A DNA stretch of 64,000 nt from the IMG/VR virus record IMGVR_UViG_3300009873_000018, positions 2,034 through 66,033 of that record; one strand, written 5' to 3'. Below are positions 9,256 to 17,863 of this stretch, one piece after another; the first letter of the stretch is position 1; each line of letters starts with the position of its first letter. The stretch comes from a virus (Duplodnaviria > Caudoviricetes). The translations under genes and the position numbers were made by a program. A model generated the notes under the pieces. That model had not been told where the DNA came from. It searched no databases and saw only the letters and a program-made list of their open reading frames with translations.

Positions 9256-9917
9256 GCCTCAAGCTGAGCGACCACCCGACCTACAACCTGCTCGCGCGCG
9301 TCGCCGAGTACGAGAAGGCATGCCGGTGGCTCAGGGACAACATGCATCTGCCGGAAGCCGTCGCCGCCGTGTACGCGGCGGTGTTCGAGGGCGGCGGCAC
9401 GCTCTGGTTCGCCGGCAACGGCGGGTCGGCGGCGGACGCGCAGCACTGCGCGGCGGAGTACGTCGGCCGGTTCCTGCTCGACGGACGCCAGCCGCTCAAC
9501 GCGGGGGCGCTCACGGTGGACACGAGCGTGCTCACGGCGATCGGCAACGACTTCGGCTTCGACAAGGTGTTCGCGCGGCAGGCCGCGGCGCGCGTGCGGG
9601 AGAACGACGGCGTGGTGGTGCACTCGACGTCCGGCGCGAGCGAGAACGTCGCGCAGCTCCTCGCCTGGGCGAAAGCCTGCCGGCCGACGGTCCCGCGCGT
9701 CGCCCTGCTCGGACCGCGCCACCGCTGCCAGCAGACGCAGGTCGCCGAGCTGGCGAACGTGGTCGTGTTCGCCGAGGTCGACGGGCCGGCCGTCCAGATG
9801 GCGCACATGATGTTCCAGCACCTCGTCGCCGAGATCGTCGACTACTGGGTCGTGAACAAGTTCCGGAGGCAGAAGGCCGCCGTGCCGGCCCTGAAGCACG
9901 CGGAGTACCCGCCGTGA
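9252..9917 (+). CDS. gmhA: sedoheptulose-7-phosphate isomerase (phosphoheptose isomerase)
   Basis: AGNGGSAADAQHCAAE, TSVLTAIGNDFGFDKVFARQ, STSGASENV, VQMAH. Confidence 0.9.
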   Translation: MSLKLSDHPTYNLLARVAEYEKACRWLRDNMHLPEAVAAVYAAVFEGGGTLWFAGNGGSAADAQHCAAEYVGRFLLDGRQPLNAGALTVDTSVLTAIGNDFGFDKVFARQAAARVRENDGVVVHSTSGASENVAQLLAWAKACRPTVPRVALLGPRHRCQQTQVAELANVVVFAEVDGPAVQMAHMMFQHLVAEIVDYWVVNKFRRQKAAVPALKHAEYPP

Positions 9918-10321
9918 GCCTCGAGCTTCACGACCGCATCCGCGAGGTCTTCGAAGACTACCGCGAGCTGATGGGGCTCCATCGCTGGGTCATCAGGTTC
10001 GCGAACGGTCGGCCGGACGACCTCGACCCGTGCAAGGGGGCGTGCCTCGCGATGCCGGAATATCGCGAAGCCACGCTCGTCTTCGACCTCGAGCGGTTCG
10101 AGACGGGCGACGACATCGAGGAGATGGTCGTCCACGAGATGGTTCACTGTCTCACGTGGGAGATCGTCCACGTCGCCGAGGTGCTCGCGATGGACGACCC
10201 GCGGCTGAAGGAGTGGGTCAGGTTCACGGAGGAACGGCACACGACCGACCTGGCAGAAGCGTTCATCCGACTGCGGCACGCACCACCGAAGTTCACCATG
10301 CGACCGGAGCTGTCCCAATGA
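9914..10321 (+). CDS. zincin-like metallopeptidase domain protein
   Basis: VVHEMVHC (HExxH) with downstream EE. Confidence 0.6.
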   Translation: MSLELHDRIREVFEDYRELMGLHRWVIRFANGRPDDLDPCKGACLAMPEYREATLVFDLERFETGDDIEEMVVHEMVHCLTWEIVHVAEVLAMDDPRLKEWVRFTEERHTTDLAEAFIRLRHAPPKFTMRPELSQ

Positions 10322-10818
10322 ACACGCGCATATCTCTCTTCTTTCTCGTCGTGATCTTGCTCACGATCGGCGGCGTCGTCGGTTTGCCGAATCTCGTCCG
10401 TTCTCCGCTCGAGCGCCGGCTCGTCCGGCACGTCTGGGTCAGCGGCCTCGAGGAGCGCAACGTCGTCGGCACCGGCGAGCAGGTACGGCTCCGCGGCATC
10501 ATCGCTTTCGCCGCTGATCTGACGTTCCGCTCGACGCTCCTCGTCTACCACGCCGACGGGAACGTCGAGCGGAACGACTTCTCCGGGAAGTGGGACGTGC
10601 AGCCCGGGCCAGAAGGCAGCGAGCGGCAGATCTGCATAACGGTCCGCACGGGCGACTGGCTCTGCCGGCCGGCGTTCGTGAACGACGACGGCTCGATGAC
10701 CTGGGGAGGGCAGGTGTTCCTGCCCGACACCCCGGAGCACGTCGACGCCGTCATAGACTCGCTCGTGCACGGCGCCGAGGCACCATCCGACGACGACGAC
10801 CCCCGGCAGGGGAGCTGA
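10318..10818 (+). CDS. membrane-anchored hypothetical protein
   Basis: N-terminal TM segment, beta-rich soluble domain. Confidence 0.6.
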   Translation: MNTRISLFFLVVILLTIGGVVGLPNLVRSPLERRLVRHVWVSGLEERNVVGTGEQVRLRGIIAFAADLTFRSTLLVYHADGNVERNDFSGKWDVQPGPEGSERQICITVRTGDWLCRPAFVNDDGSMTWGGQVFLPDTPEHVDAVIDSLVHGAEAPSDDDDPRQGS

Positions 10819-10822
10819 GCCG

Positions 10823-11143
10823 ATGCGGAAGCTGAAAGAGCACGAAGCCGACGCCAAGATGTCGGCCGATGAGATGGCTCGGCTCCAGGAAGTCGTCAGG
10901 GAACGCGCGAAGAAGCTGGCGGACGACCCGACGCTCAACCTCTTCAAGGCGGTCCGCGACGTAGGGCTCGCGCCGAAGCCCCGGACGGCGAAGACGGCGA
11001 AGCAGACGCGGCGCGACCAGCGCAGGGCGGCGCGGCGCCAGCACGCGATGCGGCTCGCGGCCGAGCAGTCGGACGCGAAGATCGCCCGCGCCAACCTGCA
11101 CCCGCGGCACCTGCGGAACAACAACGAACAGAGGACAGGCTGA
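10823..11143 (+). CDS. hypothetical basic protein
   Basis: 106-aa ORF, GGGAG RBS. Confidence 0.55.
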   Translation: MRKLKEHEADAKMSADEMARLQEVVRERAKKLADDPTLNLFKAVRDVGLAPKPRTAKTAKQTRRDQRRAARRQHAMRLAAEQSDAKIARANLHPRHLRNNNEQRTG

Positions 11144-11144
11144 C

Positions 11145-11576
11145 ATGGCACAGTCGCTCAACCAGATCACGCTGCTCGGCCGGCTCGGCGGCGACCCCGA
11201 GAAGCGGACCGTCGGCAAGGCGACGGTCGCCAACGCGAGCCTCGCGACGTCGCAGTCGTGGAAGGACGCGCAGGGCGAGTGGCAGGAGAAGACGCAGTGG
11301 CACCGCATCGTCGCCTGGTCGAACGAGCGGGGTCCTCAGCTCGCCGACGCGCTGATGAAGGCGCAGAAGGGCGACCGCGTCCTCGTCGCCGGGATGATGG
11401 AGTACCGGAAGTACACCGACAAGGAAGGGGTCGAGCGGTGGATCGCCGAGGTGAAGGCCCAGGTCGTCGTGCCGCTCGGCGACGGGCGGGGCGGGGCGGA
11501 AAAGCCGAGCGGCCCGAGGAAGTTCGATGACTTCCCCGAGCCGCTCGACGGCGAGGACGACGACCTGCCGTTCTAG
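11145..11576 (+). CDS. ssb: single-stranded DNA-binding protein (bacterial type)
   Basis: SLNQITLLGRLGGDPE...TQWHRIVAW...acidic C-terminus DDDLPF. Confidence 0.95.
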   Translation: MAQSLNQITLLGRLGGDPEKRTVGKATVANASLATSQSWKDAQGEWQEKTQWHRIVAWSNERGPQLADALMKAQKGDRVLVAGMMEYRKYTDKEGVERWIAEVKAQVVVPLGDGRGGAEKPSGPRKFDDFPEPLDGEDDDLPF

Positions 11577-11794
11577 GCGCCGACCGCCTCCAGCACGCGC
11601 GCCCGCGTGACTCGCTTGTTCACCTGCAGGTTCGCGAGCTGATCGAAGATCGGATCGTCCTTGAGAGCGTAGACATCCCGCTTCGGTTCGGCCGCGAGCA
11701 ACCGCACGGCGTCCGGGGTCTTCACGACCCGGTACTGCCGGCGGTTGTTTCGCAGGAACGCTCTCGCGTGCGCGGGTGTGATGATGTGTCTCAT
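11573..11794 (-). CDS. hypothetical protein
   Basis: AAAGGAG RBS; stop overlaps ssb stop (convergent). Confidence 0.6.
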   Translation of the reverse strand: MRHIITPAHARAFLRNNRRQYRVVKTPDAVRLLAAEPKRDVYALKDDPIFDQLANLQVNKRVTRARVLEAVGA

Positions 11795-11940
11795 ACGCCT
11801 GCTCCTTTCTGCCTACTTCCGTCCCGCGTCGGGGTTCGGTCCGTCACTGCGTCGGACCGGGCGACGCGGCGGAACGGTAACACCCCTGCCGGCCTGCCGA
11901 AACCCCCGAGAAAACCCCGCTAAAGGGTTCTAAGACGGCG

Positions 11941-12038
11941 TAAGTCGTTGATATACGGGGGTTTACCACGGTCCATACCCCCGGAACCCCCGTCATGGGG
12001 TGTCCTCTCCATCCCGTTTAGTACCAACAACTTATGAG
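11941..12038. promoter_or_regulatory. IHF-like binding sites, left cluster
   Basis: 11941-11954 reads ATATCAACGACTTA on - (matches WATCAANNNNTTR); CAACAACTTATGAG at 12025-12038. Confidence 0.5.
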
Positions 12039-12096
12039 TGAAAATGTTACAATTTTCACTATTTACTTTCTCCGTGATGGAGTATACCGTTATATC
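12037..12096 (+). promoter_or_regulatory. early promoter with upstream palindromic operator
   Basis: AGTGAAAAT-6-ATTTTCACT (12037-12060), then TTCTCC-17bp-TATATC (12068-12096). Confidence 0.5.
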
Positions 12097-12098
12097 CA

Positions 12099-12480
12099 GG
12101 TCGGCGGGGACCGACCCGACGGAAAGGAGAAAACACGGTCCCCGGCCGGTCGAGCCCGCGATCCACCGCGCGACGCGGAGGGCTCTAACGGAAAGGCGCC
12201 AGACGGGACCGAGCCGACGGAGCATCGCCAGCCGCCACTCCTCGACGACCGACTCCGGAACCATATCCCCGAACGACCGAGCCACCGCCTTTCGGACCGG
12301 CCTGATCCGACGGCGCACAGGGGGAACGAAAACGCCGCGACGCTAGCGACGTCGCGGAGGTGCCGAGGCACCGCAGGATGGCGTGGTGTCTCGGGCAGCA
12401 AGCCTGTTGGGCAGGATGCCGGTTCGACTCCGGCACGGCGGTCTCTGAGCCGAGAGGGAGAGCCTGGCAACAGCTACCTG
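12099..12480 (+). ncRNA. candidate structured leader/ncRNA ending in a tRNA-like module
   Basis: No credible ORF; successive hairpins, a GCAA-capped stem and T-arm TGCCGG-TTCGACT-CCGGCA at 12417-12435. Confidence 0.45.
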
Positions 12481-12497
12481 CAAAAAGGAGGGAACAA

Positions 12498-12674
12498 ATG
12501 AAAACCGCTAGGGTGTCCGTCGCCGCATGGTTTGTGCAATGCCCCCACTGCCTGCAGGATGTGGCGTGGCGTGACGGCTCCCTCTTGTGGCCGACGGATG
12601 TTGACCTTCCCGACACGTGGGAGTGCTTCGCCTGCGGTCACCCATTCGTCCTGCCACGCAAGATGCTTAAGTAG
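12498..12674 (+). CDS. small zinc-ribbon protein
   Basis: AAGGAGG RBS; CPHC...CFAC. Confidence 0.7.
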   Translation: MKTARVSVAAWFVQCPHCLQDVAWRDGSLLWPTDVDLPDTWECFACGHPFVLPRKMLK

Positions 12675-12742
12675 GACACACAGGGACGATCCGTGGACCG
12701 GGCTCGTCATCCGTGCCCAACCCCCAGTGAGACAATACGACA

Positions 12743-13147
12743 ATGACAACCAAACAGACTCGCAGGTCGCGTATCCGGGTGCGTCCGTGCGTCGAGAACG
12801 TCCGCAGCTGTAACAGCTGCGGCGCTGTGCGGAACACCTACGCAGGTGAGCACGTCGACCTCTACGAGCTGCACGTGCAGCTCGGGTGGAACGCCTCTTC
12901 GACCACGGTGTTCTGCGAACCCTGCCTGCGTAAGGTCCACCGCGCCATCGGCGGCGCTCTTCCGGAACCGAAAGGACCGTTCGTCATCAAAGTCGGGAAA
13001 CGATACTACAAGGCCGATGACGTCCTTCCCGTATCCCGCAGCCGGGCCGCGAAGTTTCAGGCACGCGCGCAGGCTTCGGAGGAAGCCCAGCATATCCGCA
13101 ACACGTGGGACGTCGACCCGGACAGCGTCGTAGTCTCATCAATCTGA
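12743..13147 (+). CDS. hypothetical zinc-binding protein
   Basis: CNSC...CEPC. Confidence 0.6.
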   Translation: MTTKQTRRSRIRVRPCVENVRSCNSCGAVRNTYAGEHVDLYELHVQLGWNASSTTVFCEPCLRKVHRAIGGALPEPKGPFVIKVGKRYYKADDVLPVSRSRAAKFQARAQASEEAQHIRNTWDVDPDSVVVSSI

Positions 13148-13159
13148 AAGGAGTACCCT

Positions 13160-13435
13160 ATGTCATCGACTCTCGCATCGCTCAAGGCGCAGGCCGCGGA
13201 CCCCGGCCGCGTGATCGTCTGCCTCGGCCCGTTCGTCTGGGGCCGCGGCCTCACCGGGGCGGAGGCCTACCGCAACGCCCGCAACCAAGGCGTCGCGTCG
13301 TACGCTCGCAAGCCGTACCGGTTCAGCTTCTACGACTGCCCGGCCGGCGCCCGGGTCGACGGGATGGGCAACATCGTCTGGGACGACCCGGCGCTCGAGG
13401 GCAGGCTCATCGACACCATCACCACCAACCGCTGA
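13160..13435 (+). CDS. hypothetical protein
   Basis: AAAGGAG RBS; GC3 bias. Confidence 0.7.
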   Translation: MSSTLASLKAQAADPGRVIVCLGPFVWGRGLTGAEAYRNARNQGVASYARKPYRFSFYDCPAGARVDGMGNIVWDDPALEGRLIDTITTNR

Positions 13436-13442
13436 GGCCACG

Positions 13443-14249
13443 ATGACCGCGACGCCCGAGCTCGAGAAAGCCATCACGCTCATCAAGAAGCTGCTGGCGA
13501 AGGCCGCATCGGCCGAGAAGATCGGCAACGCGCACGAGGCCGCCGCGTTCGCCGCGAAGGCGAACGAGCTGCTGCTGAAGCACAAGCTGGAGATGACCGA
13601 GGTCGAGGCCGCCGACCTCGTGTCGGCCGACGACGTGATCGGTCAGGACTGGGTCGACTCCGCCGAGGCCGCCGGGATGCGGTCGTCCCGGTCGCGGTCC
13701 GCCTGGCTCGAGAGCCTCGCGAGCGGCATCGTGCGGGCGCACTTCTGCAGGATACTCGTCGTCCCCGGCTCGAAGCAGATCAACTTCGTCGGGAAGTCGA
13801 TCGACCGTCAGCTCGCCGTCTACCTGTTCCGCGTCCTGGCGGCGAACGGCCACCGGCTCGCGACGCTCCACGAGCGGAAGGTCCGGACCGAGGCCGCCCG
13901 TCGCGGCTGGCCGATGCCCGAGCGGCCGCGCAACAGCTTCCTGCTCGGGTACGTCGCCGAGATCCAGAACCGGCTCGCGGCGCTCCGCGCCGAGGTCGAG
14001 AAGCGCGGGGGGCAGCACGCCGTCGTTCGGTTCGACGCGGCGACGAAGGCGGTCGACGCCTGGCTGAAGGCGAACATCGAGACGTTCGCGGCCGGCGGCC
14101 TGAAGCGCCGGGTGCACGACGCCGGCAGCTACGACGCCGGCAAGAAAGCCGGCAAGGAAGCGAACCTCAACCCCGGCATCGGGGGCGGCGCCCCCTCGAG
14201 CCGCGGCACGATCGGCGCCGGGCAGCTTCTCATCAAGGGAGGAAAGTGA
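13443..14249 (+). CDS. DUF2786 family protein
   Basis: IKKLLAKA...HEAAAFAAKANELLLKHKL N-terminus; RNSFLLGY. Confidence 0.85.
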   Translation: MTATPELEKAITLIKKLLAKAASAEKIGNAHEAAAFAAKANELLLKHKLEMTEVEAADLVSADDVIGQDWVDSAEAAGMRSSRSRSAWLESLASGIVRAHFCRILVVPGSKQINFVGKSIDRQLAVYLFRVLAANGHRLATLHERKVRTEAARRGWPMPERPRNSFLLGYVAEIQNRLAALRAEVEKRGGQHAVVRFDAATKAVDAWLKANIETFAAGGLKRRVHDAGSYDAGKKAGKEANLNPGIGGGAPSSRGTIGAGQLLIKGGK

Positions 14250-14251
14250 CC

Positions 14252-14497
14252 ATGCCGCGATTCAGCAACGAGGGACCGGCCGTGAACGAGTGGTACGAGG
14301 CAAACGGAGGACGCGAGGGCAGCAGCACGCACGACGTTTGTCGTCGGTGCATCGACCGCGTCGACGAGCTCGAGCCCTACGGCCACGAAGAACCGAAGGG
14401 CGACTGGCTCGACACGGAATGCCACCCCGACTACGGCGACGACGAGTACCGCTGCGCCGTCTGCGGTTGCGTGCTCGACGAGCGGAGGGACGGATGA
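14252..14497 (+). CDS. hypothetical zinc-binding protein
   Basis: CRRC...CAVC; GGAGG RBS. Confidence 0.65.
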   Translation: MPRFSNEGPAVNEWYEANGGREGSSTHDVCRRCIDRVDELEPYGHEEPKGDWLDTECHPDYGDDEYRCAVCGCVLDERRDG

Positions 14498-14778
14498 AGA
14501 TCACCCTGCACGTCCTCCCCGAGGAGGCCGTCGAGCTCGCCGACATCCTCGAGGCCGCCTGGGAGGAGCACCGGCACGAGTGGACCGAGTCGCAGCGGCG
14601 GATCGCCCTGACCGCCGCCGGCTCGTGCCGGCACAACGCGGCGATGAAGGGCCGCACCTGCCAGTTTTGCGGCCGGCCCGGCGGGATGCGGACGACCCAC
14701 GAAGGCGAAGAGATCACCGCACACCTGCGGTGCCTCGGAGACTACATCTACCACCAACGAGAGGAAGGCTCCCGATGA
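14494..14778 (+). CDS. hypothetical protein
   Basis: ATGA coupling; CQFC. Confidence 0.6.
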   Translation: MKITLHVLPEEAVELADILEAAWEEHRHEWTESQRRIALTAAGSCRHNAAMKGRTCQFCGRPGGMRTTHEGEEITAHLRCLGDYIYHQREEGSR

Positions 14779-15158
14779 CTGCCACTGAACGCAGGTGCTC
14801 GATCTGCCGGCTGCCCTACGCGGGCCACGGCAACAACGCGCAGCCCATGAACGACGGCCGGTGCTGCGACGAGTGCAACGTCACCATCGTCGTCCCGGCC
14901 CGACTTCGTCTGGACTGGAAGAAGACGATCAACATCAAGCCGGCGCTCGCCGACCCCGACCTGCGAAGCGGTGCCCGGAAGGTTGTTCAACTCCTCGAGC
15001 CGCACGAGGAGTTCGAAGGGGTCATCGACGAGCTCCGTGCGGTCGTCGATAACGCCGAAGGCAGAGAGTGGACGACCTCGGACACCGACTACTTCAACGC
15101 CGTGCTCGACGAGATCTACGACCGCGCCGACTCGCGGTGCGTCTGGCTCGGACTCTAA
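14775..15158 (+). CDS. hypothetical zinc-binding phage protein
   Basis: CSIC...GNNAQP..GRCCDECN..VVPAR. Confidence 0.7.
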   Translation: MTATERRCSICRLPYAGHGNNAQPMNDGRCCDECNVTIVVPARLRLDWKKTINIKPALADPDLRSGARKVVQLLEPHEEFEGVIDELRAVVDNAEGREWTTSDTDYFNAVLDEIYDRADSRCVWLGL

Positions 15159-15171
15159 TAAGGAGGAAACC

Positions 15172-15427
15172 GTGGCAGCCAGGATACGGCAGGGCCTGAA
15201 GCAGGCGCTCGCGCCGATCTACAAGCACCTGTACTCGTGCGTCGGCGGCGAGTCGCGGGCCCGCAAGCATCGCCTTCATCGACCCGACGACGAGGGGCGT
15301 CGAGACGGTGAAGCTGCACGCCGTGCAGACGCTGTACAAGGAAGTCGCCGGGCTCGGTGAGCGGGTGTCGCAGCTCGAGCGGATGATGGCCAACGTGCTC
15401 GACCAACTCACAACCCCGAAGAAGTGA
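15172..15427 (+). pseudogene. small gene with apparent +1 frameshift
   Basis: AAGGAGG RBS before GTG 15172; the GC3-biased frame switches near 15250-15265 to a start-less frame ending TGA 15427; span 256 nt. Confidence 0.45.
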
Positions 15428-15437
15428 GGCACCGAAG

Positions 15438-16415
15438 ATGTCACACGAGATCACCAGCACCGACGGGATCGCCTACCGCCTCAGCGAAGGCGACCCGTGG
15501 CACGGGCTCGGCGTCGGCCTCCCCGACGACGCGACGCTCGAGGACTACGCGGAAGGCGCCGGGCTCCGGTGGCGGATCAAGACCGCCCCGGTCTTCGCGA
15601 CGCTCGACGACGGGACGCACGTCGACGTCCCGCGGAAGGTGATGTACCGGAGCGACACGAAGCAGGTGCTCGACGTGATCGGCCCGGAGTACGTCCCGGC
15701 GCAGCCGGACGAGGTGCTCGAGTTCTTCCGCGACTACCTCGCGAGCGGCGACATGACGATGACGACCGTCGGCAGCCTGAAGGCCGGCCGGTACGTCTGG
15801 GCGCAGGCGAACCTGCGGAAGGGCTTCACGCTCGCGGGCGGCGACACCGTCGACGGGCGGCTCCTGATCGCGAACCCGAACCAATACGGCCGCGGGCTCA
15901 TCGTCAAGCTCGTGATGACCCGCGTGGTGTGCGCCAACACGATCCGGTTCGCCCTGACCGAGAACGGGCGGCAGATCGTCCTGGCGCACAACAGGACGTT
16001 CGACAAGGAAGCGCGCGACGACGCCGCGCGTCGCTTCGGCCTCGCGGCCGACGCGTTCGAGAACCTGAAGCACGAAGCCGAGGCCTTCGCCGCCACGCGG
16101 ATCGCCGACGAGGCGGACGTGACGCGGGTGCTCGCCGCGACGTGGAAGGTCCCGCTCACCGAGGACGGCGAGGTCCTGATGCGGAAGAGCCGCCAGGTGA
16201 AGCGCTGCCGCGAGCTGTACGACGGCGCGGGGATCGGCGCGTCGCTGCCGTCGGCGGCGGGGACGGCGTGGGGGCTGCTCAACGCCGTCACGCAGTACGT
16301 CGATCACGAGATGGGGCGCGGGCAGGAGGCGGACCGCGCCGCCGCGAGCATGTTCGGCGACGGCGATAAGATCAAGGGCCGTGCGCGGAAGGCGCTCTGG
16401 CAACTCGTGAAGTAG
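15438..16415 (+). CDS. DUF932 family protein (TIGR03299-like)
   Basis: PWHGLG, Y.P.Q..E, GSLKAGRYVW, RVVCANT, GTAWGLLNAVTQYVDH. Confidence 0.9.
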   Translation: MSHEITSTDGIAYRLSEGDPWHGLGVGLPDDATLEDYAEGAGLRWRIKTAPVFATLDDGTHVDVPRKVMYRSDTKQVLDVIGPEYVPAQPDEVLEFFRDYLASGDMTMTTVGSLKAGRYVWAQANLRKGFTLAGGDTVDGRLLIANPNQYGRGLIVKLVMTRVVCANTIRFALTENGRQIVLAHNRTFDKEARDDAARRFGLAADAFENLKHEAEAFAATRIADEADVTRVLAATWKVPLTEDGEVLMRKSRQVKRCRELYDGAGIGASLPSAAGTAWGLLNAVTQYVDHEMGRGQEADRAAASMFGDGDKIKGRARKALWQLVK

Positions 16416-16538
16416 AACCCCCGGGGCCGGGTGCAGGCTCGCGTTCGCAACGGAACCGACGGCTCTACGCGGATCGCTCCACGATGACACCGACTGCACC
16501 CCCGCTTCCTCTATCTCTCTTGAAAGGAGCACAAGACA

Positions 16539-16967
16539 ATGCCAGACGCGACGAAGTTCCTCATCTGGAGCCTCGAGCACCGTGCGTGGTGGGCTCCCGG
16601 TCGGCAGGGGTACGTCTTCAACCACGTCGATGCCGGCCGCTACACGTTCGACGAGGCCGCCGAGATCACGGTCGGCCACATCCCGCCGGGCGAAGAGATC
16701 GCCGTCCCCGACCACGCCCACATCCTCGGGTACGAGCAGCAGCGGCTCGAGCTGATGTTCGACATCCTCCAACGGGAGGACCCGATGAGACACCCCCGAA
16801 CGAACGTCCACCCCGATGTCGTAGGCTTCGACCTCGTCGAGCTCCACGGCCACGAGCAGGCGCTCGTGATCGCCCGTAAGATGCAGATCACCGACTATTA
16901 CTACTACTGGCGAGAGGTCGAGCGCGAGGTGCCCGCCCTCGTCCGGCAGAGAGGAGCGACCGTATGA
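16539..16967 (+). CDS. hypothetical protein
   Basis: AAAGGAG RBS; LIWSLEH.AWW.P...GY. Confidence 0.7.
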   Translation: MPDATKFLIWSLEHRAWWAPGRQGYVFNHVDAGRYTFDEAAEITVGHIPPGEEIAVPDHAHILGYEQQRLELMFDILQREDPMRHPRTNVHPDVVGFDLVELHGHEQALVIARKMQITDYYYYWREVEREVPALVRQRGATV

Positions 16968-17323
16968 CCGCCCTTACCTACCACGGGCACCCCATACAGT
17001 TGACCGCCGTCGACGGGAGAACGCCGACGGACGTCGCGTTCCAGCTCTACGACACCGGCACGCTCGATGTCGTCCTCGAGCCAGGCGACGCGACGCGCTA
17101 CCGGCTCCGGCTCGGGTTCACGACCGCGCGGGACGGCCTCACGGTCGTCAAGGTCGCCCCGTACGCTCCACACCAGGTCTACTGGGCCATCACGTTCTGG
17201 GACGTGACGAACGTCCGGCTGACGCCGGACGACTTCGACCGGGTCGAGCGGAACCAGTGGACGCGCACCGTGCTTGCCTACTACATCAACCTCGTGCTCG
17301 GGCACGAGAAGGAGGAACGATGA
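16964..17323 (+). CDS. hypothetical protein
   Basis: AGGAG RBS; ATGA overlaps. Confidence 0.7.
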   Translation: MTALTYHGHPIQLTAVDGRTPTDVAFQLYDTGTLDVVLEPGDATRYRLRLGFTTARDGLTVVKVAPYAPHQVYWAITFWDVTNVRLTPDDFDRVERNQWTRTVLAYYINLVLGHEKEER

Positions 17324-17862
17324 CCGGCCTCATCATCGGCGGCGTGCTCTGGCTCGCCGTCATCGCGTTCGGCATCGCGCTCGCCCGCGCGGCCGGGGAC
17401 GCCGACCGGGCGATGGAGAAGTTCTACGACGAGTGGAAGCGCGGCGGTGGCGGGCAGACCTGGGCCGTCCTGCTCGTCGTCCTCGCGCTCGGCGGGTGCG
17501 TCGCGGAGCCGACCGACTGGGAGTGCGGCGGCTGCGTGGCGTTCCGGCCGGCCGAGAACCCGCTCGGCCACCAGACGGCGACGTACTACCCGGCCTGGTG
17601 GGCCGAGGTAGAAGCCTGCGTCGGCGCGCGGCGCCCGATCGACCGGGTCCGGTGGTGGTACCTGCCGGCCGACAGCGGCGACGTCCTGAACGTCGCCGGG
17701 CGCGCGGCGTGGGGCGCCTACGATCGGTCGGACAATGAAATATGGCTCGTCGAGCTCGCCCTGACCTACGAGCCGATCGTGAAGCACGAGATGATCCACG
17801 CCCTCATCGACAGCCCCGGGCACCCGGACGTGTTCGACCGGTGCGACCCGGGGACGATCTGA
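17320..17862 (+). CDS. membrane/lipoprotein zinc metallopeptidase-like protein
   Basis: Two hydrophobic segments, LGGC lipobox, VKHEMIHAL...GH. Confidence 0.7.
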   Translation: MTGLIIGGVLWLAVIAFGIALARAAGDADRAMEKFYDEWKRGGGGQTWAVLLVVLALGGCVAEPTDWECGGCVAFRPAENPLGHQTATYYPAWWAEVEACVGARRPIDRVRWWYLPADSGDVLNVAGRAAWGAYDRSDNEIWLVELALTYEPIVKHEMIHALIDSPGHPDVFDRCDPGTI

Positions 17863-17863
17863 T

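Noticed and set aside
12370-12442. Canonical tRNA-Pro (and tRNA-Gly at 31948-32033)
   Set aside because: Mismatched or short acceptor and anticodon stems, non-standard spacing, no CCA; kept only as tRNA-like elements
12099-12480. tmRNA, RNase P RNA, SAM-I riboswitch or group II intron
   Set aside because: The signature sequences I know (GGGGCTGA start with CCA end, GAGGAAAGTCC, domain V) are absent; CCTGGCAACAG is only a GNRA hairpin
16425-16500. GGGTGCAG/CTGCACCC-bounded intergenic stem after DUF932
   Set aside because: A single 8-bp inverted repeat in GC-rich DNA; inner structure is unconvincing and it is not repeated elsewhere
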